Of a stretch of DNA of 64,000 nucleotides, positions 46,903-56,287 are shown piece after piece. This DNA comes from Candidatus Thorarchaeota archaeon (lineage in GTDB: Archaea; Asgardarchaeota; Thorarchaeia; Thorarchaeales; Thorarchaeaceae), in the NCBI GenBank assembly GCA_004524445.1, contig SDNP01000003.1:32001-96000 (forward strand), read 5' to 3'. Within the stretch, counting starts at the first letter, position 1. Every line of letters begins with the position of its first letter. The translations under genes were made by a program, and so were the position numbers. The notes under the pieces were generated by a model. The model did not search any database. It saw only the letters and a program-made list of their open reading frames with translations, and was not told where the DNA came from.

Positions 46903-48054
46903 CTATTCAGCTGAACCAGATGTGTCCTTGCTCTTATCTTCCGGGACTATTTCTTCTTCTGAGAATCTAGCGGCACATTTGTCCAATACTCGTGGAAGGG
47001 TAGTATACTCCATTGATGCTTCTTCAAGTCTGTGACCCGGTTCGAAAGGTCCGATTCGTCGAAGGTAATCGGCTATCTCCATAGCACGCTGCCGAGTTAT
47101 ATCAAAGGCAACATCCTCAAACAGATCAACAGGTCCGACGAGTGACCCATTGCAGACCTGGAAACCAAGACCAATAACTCTGGGCGGACCATCAAAGCGT
47201 GTGCAACGTGAGTCTTTGATTGCAACAGGCATCAGTGGACCAACGTGAGAACCTCTCATCCAACCAGCCACAAGATGTGGGAGGGTGAATGCTTCAAGTA
47301 CCTCGCCCATAGCAGGGAGTCCTGAGTGCGCGCGAACTATAGCTACAGGGTCGTCCTTCCCTACGTACTTGCCAGCTACCATGTGGAGTTTGTCAGTACT
47401 GACAGATGCTGTTATCATGCCGTCATTTCGGTAGACTTTCTTGATCGTATATCTGCTCGTACTACCCAAGAGAGCCAAAACATCGTACATTTCAGCAGGG
47501 CATTTCATTTCGATAAAGCAGGGAATCTCTTTTTTGATGTCCTGGATAACGAACGAAAATCCTCCATGCAAGTTGGGATCAATGACTAATCCTGCAGTGT
47601 TGAAGGGGTCAGCAAATATCCTAAATAGCGGGTAATTGAAGGCACCCGGGTCCGTCTTGTCCGCCATAAAGATAGCAATAGGTTCCGATTTCCTCTCAGT
47701 GATAGTCATTTCAGCTGATCCAGGGCCCATACCCTTGACATTCCCGCTGAAGGTGTCTGATAGGAGGTCCTGACCTGCGGCATATATTTTATGCTCTCTC
47801 CCCATTTCTGCACATTTCATAAATGTGTCCCATGCAAGTTTATGAATCTCTTCGTTATCCTCACCCTTGAAGTGGGTCATAATCAATTCAAGGTCGTCAC
47901 CAGCGTGAGTGACATAGAAATCATTAATGATCTTCTTCTCGGCTGCTTCTTTCATTTCCTTTCGAGCAAATTCCAAAATGAAATCGGGAACAATAACATG
48001 TCCAGCTAGAGAGCCAATGTCTGCCTTGATTACGCTGATTGTAGTTTCAACCAT
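46903..48054 (-). CDS. fbp: Bifunctional fructose-1,6-bisphosphate aldolase/phosphatase (FBPase class V)
   Basis: SVIKADIGS..GH, GDD, YAAGQDLL, ADKT.PGAFN, YVGKDDP, GWMRGSH.GPLMP, RFDGPP. Confidence 0.96.
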   Translation of the reverse strand: MVETTISVIKADIGSLAGHVIVPDFILEFARKEMKEAAEKKIINDFYVTHAGDDLELIMTHFKGEDNEEIHKLAWDTFMKCAEMGREHKIYAAGQDLLSDTFSGNVKGMGPGSAEMTITERKSEPIAIFMADKTDPGAFNYPLFRIFADPFNTAGLVIDPNLHGGFSFVIQDIKKEIPCFIEMKCPAEMYDVLALLGSTSRYTIKKVYRNDGMITASVSTDKLHMVAGKYVGKDDPVAIVRAHSGLPAMGEVLEAFTLPHLVAGWMRGSHVGPLMPVAIKDSRCTRFDGPPRVIGLGFQVCNGSLVGPVDLFEDVAFDITRQRAMEIADYLRRIGPFEPGHRLEEASMEYTTLPRVLDKCAARFSEEEIVPEDKSKDTSGSAE

Positions 48055-48225
48055 TTTATAATTGCTCCAATCCTTGTCCGTTGAGAGCCTTTTCCCGTTC
48101 TCTCACAAGAGCGGGCAGCGGAGGAAGCTAATAGAACTTTCGACTCCTGACGTTTTCAAAGGCCCCTAAGTTGACAGGGGTATTATACAGCTATATAATA
48201 GTGTCGTCATTCTTGCAATGTGACC

Positions 48226-49119
48226 TTATTTTATCTCTAGCATGAGACCTTTCAATCTATTCGTAATATCAAGTGCATCTTCCCACTCTCTTTGCCAGAC
48301 ATTGCGACCAAATATTAGACCAGTAGCACCCTGTTCAAGGCAGACTTTTGCCCGATGTAACAGGTCCTCATCACTAATCTTGCTTCCACCAGAGAAGAGA
48401 ACTTTTGTACGTCCAGCCGATTTTATGACCTTTCTAACGCGTCCTTCATAATCTAGCTCAAGGCTATCGTAAGGGGCAGGTTGATCATTACGAGTTTCTG
48501 GGTCATCTTCAGGCACATTTAACTTGACAATGTCGGCACCCAACTCATTTGCCACTCTAGCTGCATAATCGACTGCATAGAGTGAGTCGCGACCCCCTTT
48601 CTTGGCTATTGCTGAGCCCCGAGGATAGGACCACATGATAATCGGCATACCATATCTCTCAGCTTTTTTCTTTACTTGTCTAAATTGCGTGAAATCTGCA
48701 ACCTGATTTGGACTTCCTACATACAAGGTATACCCAACAGCATCAGCACCAATCCTCACTGCATCTTCAACAGAGCCAGTCATTGGTGATAGTGCATTGT
48801 CATCAGAGGGAATTCTTGTTTTGCCGTTTATCTTAAGGACAATGGGCACGCTTCCCGCATACTTCCTCGCATATTTCTCAGCAAGTCCCAAGTGCAGAGC
48901 AATACCAGAGAATCCACCCTCCTTTGCCAGTCTAAACTGGAAATCGGGGTCTTCAGAAACAGGATTTGGGAAGAAGTCCACCGGACCGTGCTCCATTCCT
49001 TGATCAATTGGGAGAATGAGAAGATGACCATTCCCCGGTCCATGTTCATACATCATTCTGTGCAGCCGCACGCGTTTCCCTAGATTCAGCTGCTCCATTT
49101 CATCCAGAAGGTCCGTCAT
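48226..49119 (-). CDS. fba: Class I fructose-bisphosphate aldolase (DhnA type)
   Basis: LPIDQGMEHGP, AVGYTLYVGS, WSYPRG, GADIVK, FSGG, FGRNVWQ. Confidence 0.92.
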   Translation of the reverse strand: MTDLLDEMEQLNLGKRVRLHRMMYEHGPGNGHLLILPIDQGMEHGPVDFFPNPVSEDPDFQFRLAKEGGFSGIALHLGLAEKYARKYAGSVPIVLKINGKTRIPSDDNALSPMTGSVEDAVRIGADAVGYTLYVGSPNQVADFTQFRQVKKKAERYGMPIIMWSYPRGSAIAKKGGRDSLYAVDYAARVANELGADIVKLNVPEDDPETRNDQPAPYDSLELDYEGRVRKVIKSAGRTKVLFSGGSKISDEDLLHRAKVCLEQGATGLIFGRNVWQREWEDALDITNRLKGLMLEIK

Positions 49120-49243
49120 GTTATCTTACCTACAGAATGCTCTGCTCATTTCCCTTATGAATGATTAGACCATTGATACTAGCATCAATTATGATGCAAA
49201 AACCACAAATTGCACGGTGACAATGGAAGAGTGTGTGAGAGAT

Positions 49244-50071
49244 ATGCCTGAAAAGAGAGTATCTGCAGATAGACCAGTCACCCAGGAAAGAGAACAATAC
49301 CATCTTGAGGTCAAGGAGGGAGATGTGGCTTCGACAGTTATAGTCCCAGGCGACCCGGGGCGAGTTGAGAAGATAAGCTCCCAATGGGACGAGGCCTCAG
49401 AAGTTGCCAGACACCGACAATTCGTCACTCATACTGGAAAATACAAGAATGCGCCAATCTCAGCATGTTCAACAGGAATTGGAGGGCCAGGCGCAGCGAT
49501 TGTAGTCGAAGAGCTTGCCAATGTTGGCGCGCGTAATTTTCTCAGGGTAGGGTCTACTGCCACCTTAAAGCCCGATATCGAAATTGGTGATTTGATTATT
49601 TCCACGGGAGCTGTTAGGTTAGAGGGAACGAGCAGGCAATATGTTCGGCAAGAGTATCCAGCAAGTCCGTCATACGAGTTCATTCTAGCACTGATTGAAG
49701 CAGCCGAGTCACTCGGTGTCACTTATCATCTTGGACTATCTGCATCCACAGATTCCTTCTACTTGGGACAGTCGCGTCCCGGGTTCCAAGGATATACCCA
49801 GAGTTTCAGTGAACAACTAATCACGGATTTGACCAAAGCTAACGTTGCGAACTTCGAGATGGAGGCAGCAACTATATTCACTCTAGGCAACATTTACGGA
49901 TTCAGAACTGGTGCAGTTTGTGCCGTATATGCTAATCGTGTTAGAAATGAGTTTGAGGTAAAAGGCGAGAAAGATGTGATTAGATGCGGAAATGAAGCTG
50001 TTAAGATTCTTCATGAAATGGATGAAGAGAAAGGCGATAAGGAGAAGAAGTACTGGATGCGCGGTCTCTAG
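49244..50071 (+). CDS. udp: Uridine phosphorylase
   Basis: QYHL, PGDPGRV, STGIGGP, RVGS, R.EGTS..Y, DSFYLGQ.R, FEMEAA. Confidence 0.92.
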   Translation: MPEKRVSADRPVTQEREQYHLEVKEGDVASTVIVPGDPGRVEKISSQWDEASEVARHRQFVTHTGKYKNAPISACSTGIGGPGAAIVVEELANVGARNFLRVGSTATLKPDIEIGDLIISTGAVRLEGTSRQYVRQEYPASPSYEFILALIEAAESLGVTYHLGLSASTDSFYLGQSRPGFQGYTQSFSEQLITDLTKANVANFEMEAATIFTLGNIYGFRTGAVCAVYANRVRNEFEVKGEKDVIRCGNEAVKILHEMDEEKGDKEKKYWMRGL

Positions 50072-50082
50072 TAGATTATGCT

Positions 50083-51897
50083 CTACTTCCCAACGTAGTA
50101 GTATTCATTCGCCGCCTTCTGTTGCTGATCAAGCTGAGAACCCTCCTTGTTGACTCGAGGTCTTCCTGTCTGAGGATCTCGTCGGAATGTGACTCCCATC
50201 TGGGATAAGAAGGCATTCATACCCTTTCGCAGGGTCATGACTTGTGAGGCTCTGCCTTTCTTCCCAGGAATGCCATCAAAGACCACCATACTATCGCTCA
50301 AATAATCAGCCATGAGAATTGAGTGCTCTACAACAAATGCAGTTCTCAATTTATCTTGGACAAGTTTGCGTATAGCGCGCGAGGAAGCCAGACGCTGTTC
50401 AATGTCCAAGAAGGCAGATGGTTCATCCAGGAGGTAAATGTCCGCGTCCCTCGCAAGACATGCAGCTATTGCGGCTCGCTGTAATTCTCCACCACTGAGG
50501 TCTGCAACACCATGATCAATAAGATGCTCCAGACCAAGTCTTCGAATCACCGTGGTCTTGAAATCCGCAGTGTCTACGTTGTTACCGCCAGCCTCGCGCA
50601 AATACATCCGCACAGTCCCAGGGTAGTTCTGCTCGATGTACTGAGGCTTGTAACTCACCTTCAACTCGAAACCAGTAGCGGTCTGCGTTGGAACCTCACC
50701 CACGTCTGGCTCTAATATACCTGCCAACATCTTTACGAAGGTTGTCTTGCCAATACCATTAGGTCCCAGAATTCCTACAATCTGACCCTTTTTCACACTG
50801 CCACCTTGAACTTCTAGCTCGAAGTCCTCAAACTGCTTCTTCATATCTTGGTACTCGAGCAGAGTCTTTGCTCCAGCAAACTCATTATCTTGTGCGGTCA
50901 TACCTTTGAAAGAAATGGAAGTGTCTCTGAATCGCATATTTTCGTCTGGAATATACCCATCGAGGAATATATTAATGCCAACTCTCGTTCCATGTGGATG
51001 GGACACTATTCCGTATACACCGGGATCACCGTAGAACATGCAAATCAAATCTGATACGTAGTCCAAAATAGAGAGGTCATGCTCCACAACTACTACTGTC
51101 TTGCCCATCTCTGAGAGTTCTCTTATGGCTCGGCCGACGCGGAGTCGTTCTCGGACATCAAGATATGCAGTCGGTTCATCGAAGAAGTACACGTCGCCTT
51201 CACGTATGATCGCTGCAGTAATAGCAACTCGCTGTAATTCCCCACCGCTTAGAAACTTAATAGGTCGTTCCCAAATATCAGTTAGATTCATTGTTGTCTT
51301 AAGCTCATTCAACCGTCCTGAGGAATCAGCGCTCTCAAGTAATTCATGAATCGGTTTGTCTGCAATCGATTCCATTTTGGGAAGTTCGGTTATTGTCTGA
51401 GGTTTGTGAATTGGTGTGATTTCATTTGACCTGATTTTTTCGAAAAATGGTTGAAGTTCAGACCCTCGGTATTGTAGAATAATCTCATCCCAATCGGGAG
51501 GATCATCAATTCGTCCAAGGTTTGGTTTCAATTCCCCGGCCAAGATTTGAATTGCAGTTGTCTTGCCGACTCCATTGGGTCCTATCAAGCCCAAGACCTT
51601 TCCTTCTTTGGGAATAGGCATCCTAAATAGCTCGAATCCATTGACACCGAAACGGTGTGTACCATCGCTTTTCAACTTCTCAGGCAGGTTAACTACTGTA
51701 ATGACATGGAAGGGACATTTTTTAACGCACATAGCAGCGCCTGAACAGAGCTCCTCAACGATAATAGGGGGTTTATCAGGCCCGTCTGGAAAAATGACTG
51801 TTTCATCTCCAGTTCTAACTCTGGGACAAAATCGTCTGCACTCATGATTGCAATCTGTTGGTCTGCATCGTTCACGGTCAATAACAGAGATACGCAT
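50083..51897 (-). CDS. abce1: Ribosome recycling ATPase ABCE1/Rli1
   Basis: N-terminal Fe-S domain, two NBDs (GPNGVGKT, GPNGIGKT, LSGGELQR twice), TFRRDP.TGRPRVNK. Confidence 0.96.
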   Translation of the reverse strand: MRISVIDRERCRPTDCNHECRRFCPRVRTGDETVIFPDGPDKPPIIVEELCSGAAMCVKKCPFHVITVVNLPEKLKSDGTHRFGVNGFELFRMPIPKEGKVLGLIGPNGVGKTTAIQILAGELKPNLGRIDDPPDWDEIILQYRGSELQPFFEKIRSNEITPIHKPQTITELPKMESIADKPIHELLESADSSGRLNELKTTMNLTDIWERPIKFLSGGELQRVAITAAIIREGDVYFFDEPTAYLDVRERLRVGRAIRELSEMGKTVVVVEHDLSILDYVSDLICMFYGDPGVYGIVSHPHGTRVGINIFLDGYIPDENMRFRDTSISFKGMTAQDNEFAGAKTLLEYQDMKKQFEDFELEVQGGSVKKGQIVGILGPNGIGKTTFVKMLAGILEPDVGEVPTQTATGFELKVSYKPQYIEQNYPGTVRMYLREAGGNNVDTADFKTTVIRRLGLEHLIDHGVADLSGGELQRAAIAACLARDADIYLLDEPSAFLDIEQRLASSRAIRKLVQDKLRTAFVVEHSILMADYLSDSMVVFDGIPGKKGRASQVMTLRKGMNAFLSQMGVTFRRDPQTGRPRVNKEGSQLDQQQKAANEYYYVGK

Positions 51898-52054
51898 TCC
51901 GGGGTCAACACCAATACTGATTCAAAGAGGTTGAGCTCTCACCGCTTTATAGCGATTTGGCTAGATGATTTCTCGGTCGTATCCAATATAGGAACTATGG
52001 CACCATTGCAAAACCTTTTGTTGCCAATAAACAAGGTCGAGTTGGGCCGTAAAA

Positions 52055-52300
52055 ATGGACATCATCAATCGATTCCTAGGATTATTTGGTATCAATAGAA
52101 CAGCAATGACCGGGGCCATGAGTGAGAAATCGGATCTGAAGGCCCAAATCGATTTTCTCAGGAATAGGCTCTTCATGAAAATAACAGGACGACGATTAAC
52201 ATCTCATGATATCAGCAGTCTGTCCCGCAATCAAAAGAATCTCGATAACTTGCACAGACTCTCTCCAGCAAGAAGACTAAGGAGAGGCACCCTAGAATAA
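52055..52300 (+). CDS. Small hypothetical protein
   Basis: 81-aa ORF in an otherwise empty gap; no family recognised. Confidence 0.4.
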   Translation: MDIINRFLGLFGINRTAMTGAMSEKSDLKAQIDFLRNRLFMKITGRRLTSHDISSLSRNQKNLDNLHRLSPARRLRRGTLE

Positions 52301-52317
52301 GCCCTATGACTCTCAGC

Positions 52318-52391
52318 ACGGGATGATGACAGCAGTAGAGGGGAAAATACGCCTCATCAGCGTGATGACCGATAAACCGCAATCTGACCGT
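52318..52391 (+). ncRNA. Box C/D sRNA candidate
   Basis: Box C ATGATGA 52323-52329, C' GTGATGA 52362-52368, box D CTGA 52384-52387, terminal stem ACGG/CCGT; intergenic. Confidence 0.75.
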
Positions 52392-52448
52392 ACTTTGTGA
52401 AATCAGAGAGGGAATGTATTCTGCTACAATATCTGGAGGTTTGACAAT

Positions 52449-52859
52449 CTGAGTCCTTTTCGATGCAATCATGATGGGTCATGTGATAGAGTCAGGCTGT
52501 GTTGCATAGATACAGAGATGACTTTGACGATGGCAGATATTAACCGAATCAGAAGATTGGGATATGATCCTGATGACTTCATGAAGATTGCAGAAGACGG
52601 ATTCGCTGAGCTTCGGAATATTGATGGTTGTTGTTACTTTTATGATGTTGAATCTGCAAGCTGCAAGGTTTATCAACACAGACCCGAGGGCTGCAGGTAT
52701 TACCCGATTGTATATGACATGGCTTTAGAGAAATGTGTTGTTGACAATGAGTGCCCGTCTGGCTCAACCATATCACAAGATGAGATTGATTCGATCTGTC
52801 TGGTGGTTAAGAGACTTGTAGAAACGTTAGTGAGTGAGGCAAGGAATGTTGAGAGATAG
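52449..52859 (+). CDS. YkgJ/UPF0153 cysteine-cluster protein; probable CTG start
   Basis: In-frame extension upstream of ATG 52518 adds FRCNHDGSC..LCC; then CYFYD..CKVYQHRPEGCRYYP; GGAGGT 8 nt before CTG 52449. Confidence 0.85.
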   Translation: MSPFRCNHDGSCDRVRLCCIDTEMTLTMADINRIRRLGYDPDDFMKIAEDGFAELRNIDGCCYFYDVESASCKVYQHRPEGCRYYPIVYDMALEKCVVDNECPSGSTISQDEIDSICLVVKRLVETLVSEARNVER

Positions 52860-53703
52860 GGCAGATTTGCATCTGCATTCGAATTATTCGGACGGAGTTC
52901 AAAGCCCGACTGAGATCATCAGAAGCGCGGAGAAGATCGGATTAGCGGGCATAGCTCTGACTGACCATGATACCCTGGACGGGCTCAGTGAGTTTATGAC
53001 TGCAACAACATCGAACTCTTTGAAGCGAGTTCCTGGTGTCGAAATCAGCACTGAGACGGACGGACGTGAGGCGCACGTATTAGGGTATCATGTTCCGGAG
53101 AAACCTGTGATGCTCCTCAAGGAGCTACATAATCTTGCAAGAGCGCGGCAGAGAAGGATTCCGAAGATGGTAAACAAACTCCAAGAGCTTGGGTACGATA
53201 TTAGTCATGCTGAAGTTCAAAATGCGCTTCGCAATGCGTCGAGCCCGGGGAGACCCCATGTTGCCAGACTGCTCGTAAAGAAAGGATTGGTAGATTCTGT
53301 GGAGGAAGCATTTGGCAAGCTTTTGGGGGCAGGAAAACCCGCATATGTTAGGAAGGAAAGGATGGATACAAAGAGGGCGATCCTACTATTGAGAACGGAA
53401 GGAGCTGTACCCGTTCTCGCCCATCCGCTCACTATTCCAAATGCTAATCTTAGAGAACTCTTCATTGAACTATTGGGAATCGGACTTGAGGGGGTTGAAA
53501 TCGAATATGATTATGGTCATCTTGATGTGAAACGGAAGAAGAAAGATGTAAGAGATGCTATGGAGGGTCTGGACCTGATAGTAACTGGTGGAAGTGACTC
53601 ACATGGTGAACCCTCCCACGGTCATATCGGAGATGTCACAGTGCCTGTATCGGTCATTGATGAGTTACATGAGGCAGCCAGGCGGATAAGAAAAAGTGGG
53701 TGA
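52834..53703 (+). CDS. PHP-domain phosphoesterase (YciV/TrpH-like)
   Basis: DLHLHSNYSDG, ALTDHDT, GVEIST, GRPHVA, LAHP, TGGSDSHG. Confidence 0.92.
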   Translation: MRQGMLRDRADLHLHSNYSDGVQSPTEIIRSAEKIGLAGIALTDHDTLDGLSEFMTATTSNSLKRVPGVEISTETDGREAHVLGYHVPEKPVMLLKELHNLARARQRRIPKMVNKLQELGYDISHAEVQNALRNASSPGRPHVARLLVKKGLVDSVEEAFGKLLGAGKPAYVRKERMDTKRAILLLRTEGAVPVLAHPLTIPNANLRELFIELLGIGLEGVEIEYDYGHLDVKRKKKDVRDAMEGLDLIVTGGSDSHGEPSHGHIGDVTVPVSVIDELHEAARRIRKSG

Positions 53704-54200
53704 GCCTCATCATGGATCGCTTCATTATCGACGCAATGCTTGGCAGACTCGCACTCTGGTTAAGGCTTGCAGGTGTCGACACAATATATGAAACAGACCT
53801 CGAAGATGATAGAATAATAAAGATAGCTGCATCTGAAAACCGAACCATTCTCACCTCTGATGCCAACCTCAATCAAAGAGCAATGAAAGAAGGAGTCCAA
53901 AGCATGTTGGTGAGAGGGGCAGTGGACTATAGAATTGCGAAAATATTCCATGAATTCAACATTTCGCCGGAAGTGGATCCTGATGAGGCGAGATGCTCAA
54001 AATGTAATGGAGAGCTCGTAAAGATATCTACAGACGAAAAGAGCAAGATTCGCGAGTTCGTGCATAAACAGACCTATGACCACTATGACGTTTTCTGGTA
54101 CTGTCCTGATTGTGATGCAGTATATTTCCAGGGGGGTTATTGGGATAACATTCAGAAATACATGGAACATATCTCCCGACTAATGGAGGCCATGGACTAA
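53700..54200 (+). CDS. Mut7-C (PIN-like) RNase domain protein with Zn ribbon
   Basis: FIIDAMLGRLA.WLRL.G.DT, RTILT.D, RCSKCNG..CPDC..Y..G. Confidence 0.9.
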   Translation: MSLIMDRFIIDAMLGRLALWLRLAGVDTIYETDLEDDRIIKIAASENRTILTSDANLNQRAMKEGVQSMLVRGAVDYRIAKIFHEFNISPEVDPDEARCSKCNGELVKISTDEKSKIREFVHKQTYDHYDVFWYCPDCDAVYFQGGYWDNIQKYMEHISRLMEAMD

Positions 54201-54221
54201 GCTGAGATAGAGAACAGGAGC

Positions 54222-54674
54222 CTATTCTATTTCGCGAACTGAGATGTTGTATTCGATGGGGATGCAGTCCTTTGTTGAACGTGTTAATGGACAGTATTTT
54301 TTTGCCTGTTCAATGCAACGCTCACCGAGGTAAAGATCATCCTCAGCAACAACTACTTCTCCAGTGATTTCGAATTTGGAGATCGAATAGCCTGAACCAT
54401 CGAATTGAACCAGCAACCTCCCATGAAGATTGAAAGAAATGAGATTGAGATTTGACATTCGCTGGATATCGAGAAATGTATTGTTGATACAACCCAAAAT
54501 CCCTGCAATGAATAATCTATAGGGGCACAAGCCTTGACCTCTACCACCGTAAACCTTGGGAGTATCGAAGATTAATTCATTATCCCGCAGTGTGGCTGTG
54601 CCTCCCGTCTTTCCATCCCACTCAGTACTGGCCATATACTCCATTTTTTCTGGATATTTAGACTTGAGATTCAT
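54222..54674 (-). CDS. OsmC/Ohr family protein
   Basis: GG.G.G.CP..LF.AG..GC...KYCP. Likely start at 54674. Confidence 0.8.
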   Translation of the reverse strand: MNLKSKYPEKMEYMASTEWDGKTGGTATLRDNELIFDTPKVYGGRGQGLCPYRLFIAGILGCINNTFLDIQRMSNLNLISFNLHGRLLVQFDGSGYSISKFEITGEVVVAEDDLYLGERCIEQAKKYCPLTRSTKDCIPIEYNISVREIE

Positions 54675-54798
54675 AGGGAGGTCCTCGGATGGGGCGATTC
54701 CCGCTAGAGCATAAGCATTTTGGTTGATACGATTTGCTAGCAAGTCATTTAAACCAGATGGGTCGTCCTTCCCATGTGTGAATGCGATGGGTCGGCGC

Positions 54799-55830
54799 AT
54801 GAAAGCTGCAATGTTCTACGATATTGGAGATGTACGATACGAAGAAACAGATGTTCCTCAAATTGGAAGAGGTGAACTGCTTATTCGTATCGGGAAGGCA
54901 TTGACCTGTGGGACAGATGTTAAGACCTACAAGAGAGGACATCCACTTCTCCTGAGAAAGACTCCAGCTTTGTTTGGTCATGAATATGCTGGTGTAGTTG
55001 AGGAAACGGGGGAAGGTGTGGAGCAATTCGAACCAGGAATGAGAGTTGTTGCGACGAACTCGGCACCTTGTGGAAGTTGCTTTTTTTGCAAAAGAAATAG
55101 TCCAAATCTCTGCAAGCAACTCAAGAATACCCTGGTGAATGGAGCATTTGCAGAATACATCCGGGTTCCTGAACCGGTTGTTAAATGGAATACGCACCAG
55201 ATACCTGATTCTCTACCATTTGAACAAGCGGCATTAACAGAGCCCCTTGCATGCGTAGTTCATGGAATAGAAGAGGCGGGCATAGAAGTTGGGGACACAG
55301 TTGCCGTCATTGGAGCCGGACCAATAGGGCAGATGTTGATCATGCTCGCTAAAAAGAGAGGTGCATCTACTGTAGTTGCTTCAGACCTAGCAGAACTTAG
55401 ACGCAGTATGGCAACCAAGGCGGGCGCAGACATTATTATTGATCCAGCAAGGACAAACCCAATCGAAATTGTCAGAGAAGAAACCTCTGGATACGGAGCA
55501 GATGTTGTAATAGAGGCGGTCGGTCTTCCTAGCACTTGGGAACAGGCAGTCAAGATGACCAGAGATGCAGGAACAACGGTTCTCTTCGGGGGTGCTGCCA
55601 CAGGCACTACGTTTGAGGTGGATACAGGACGCTTCCATTACGGACAGCTCACCATTAAGGGAGTCTTTCATCTGAAGCCAAAGCATGTGGAGCAAGCATT
55701 AAGCCTGCTGAAAGCAGGGGATATAGACACGGATATCTTGATTTCAGATGAGATGCCGCTCAGCAGAATTACTGACGCGTTGGAGATGATGGGAGAAGGC
55801 AAGAGTATGAAAATTGCAATTCTTCCCTGA
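54799..55830 (+). CDS. Zn-dependent alcohol dehydrogenase (threonine/sorbitol DH-like)
   Basis: CGTD, GHE, CGSCFFC..C, EPLAC, GAGPIG. Likely start MKAAM at 54799. Confidence 0.92.
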   Translation: MKAAMFYDIGDVRYEETDVPQIGRGELLIRIGKALTCGTDVKTYKRGHPLLLRKTPALFGHEYAGVVEETGEGVEQFEPGMRVVATNSAPCGSCFFCKRNSPNLCKQLKNTLVNGAFAEYIRVPEPVVKWNTHQIPDSLPFEQAALTEPLACVVHGIEEAGIEVGDTVAVIGAGPIGQMLIMLAKKRGASTVVASDLAELRRSMATKAGADIIIDPARTNPIEIVREETSGYGADVVIEAVGLPSTWEQAVKMTRDAGTTVLFGGAATGTTFEVDTGRFHYGQLTIKGVFHLKPKHVEQALSLLKAGDIDTDILISDEMPLSRITDALEMMGEGKSMKIAILP

Positions 55831-56287
55831 TGATTCGTTGAAGGAGCAGGATTCATTGGAATATCGAAGCGAAGAAAAACTCGATGAGAATGAGCGGGAA
55901 CTCATCGATCTTTTTAGTTCATTAGATGAAAGGTTTGAGCCAATGGTAGTCCTAGTGGAGGGGAAGCGAGATGAGCAGGTTCTAAGAGATCTTGGAGTTA
56001 AAGCACCAATAATCCGTACTCAGTCTTGGAGAAGCAGGGTACAGCTATTCAGGCATATTGAGAGAATGGTCGAAAATAAGCGGGGCGTTGTTATACTAAC
56101 AGATTTTGATAGAGAGGGCAAAGAAATCAAAAAAGAAATTGCCAAAGAATTGCAAATTCTGAAGATTCCATTATTGACACAAGCACGGAGAGAAATAGGA
56201 AAAGCAATGGGAAATTATCGTTGCATAGAGGAACTGGTTGCGCTGTTCAAGAAGAAAGATTCTCCGGTACCTGCAAGTGACCTTTGA
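55814..56287 (+). CDS. Small TOPRIM-domain protein (RNase M5/primase-like)
   Basis: VLVEGKRD..L..LG, ILTDFDREG. Confidence 0.88.
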   Translation: MQFFPDDSLKEQDSLEYRSEEKLDENERELIDLFSSLDERFEPMVVLVEGKRDEQVLRDLGVKAPIIRTQSWRSRVQLFRHIERMVENKRGVVILTDFDREGKEIKKEIAKELQILKIPLLTQARREIGKAMGNYRCIEELVALFKKKDSPVPASDL

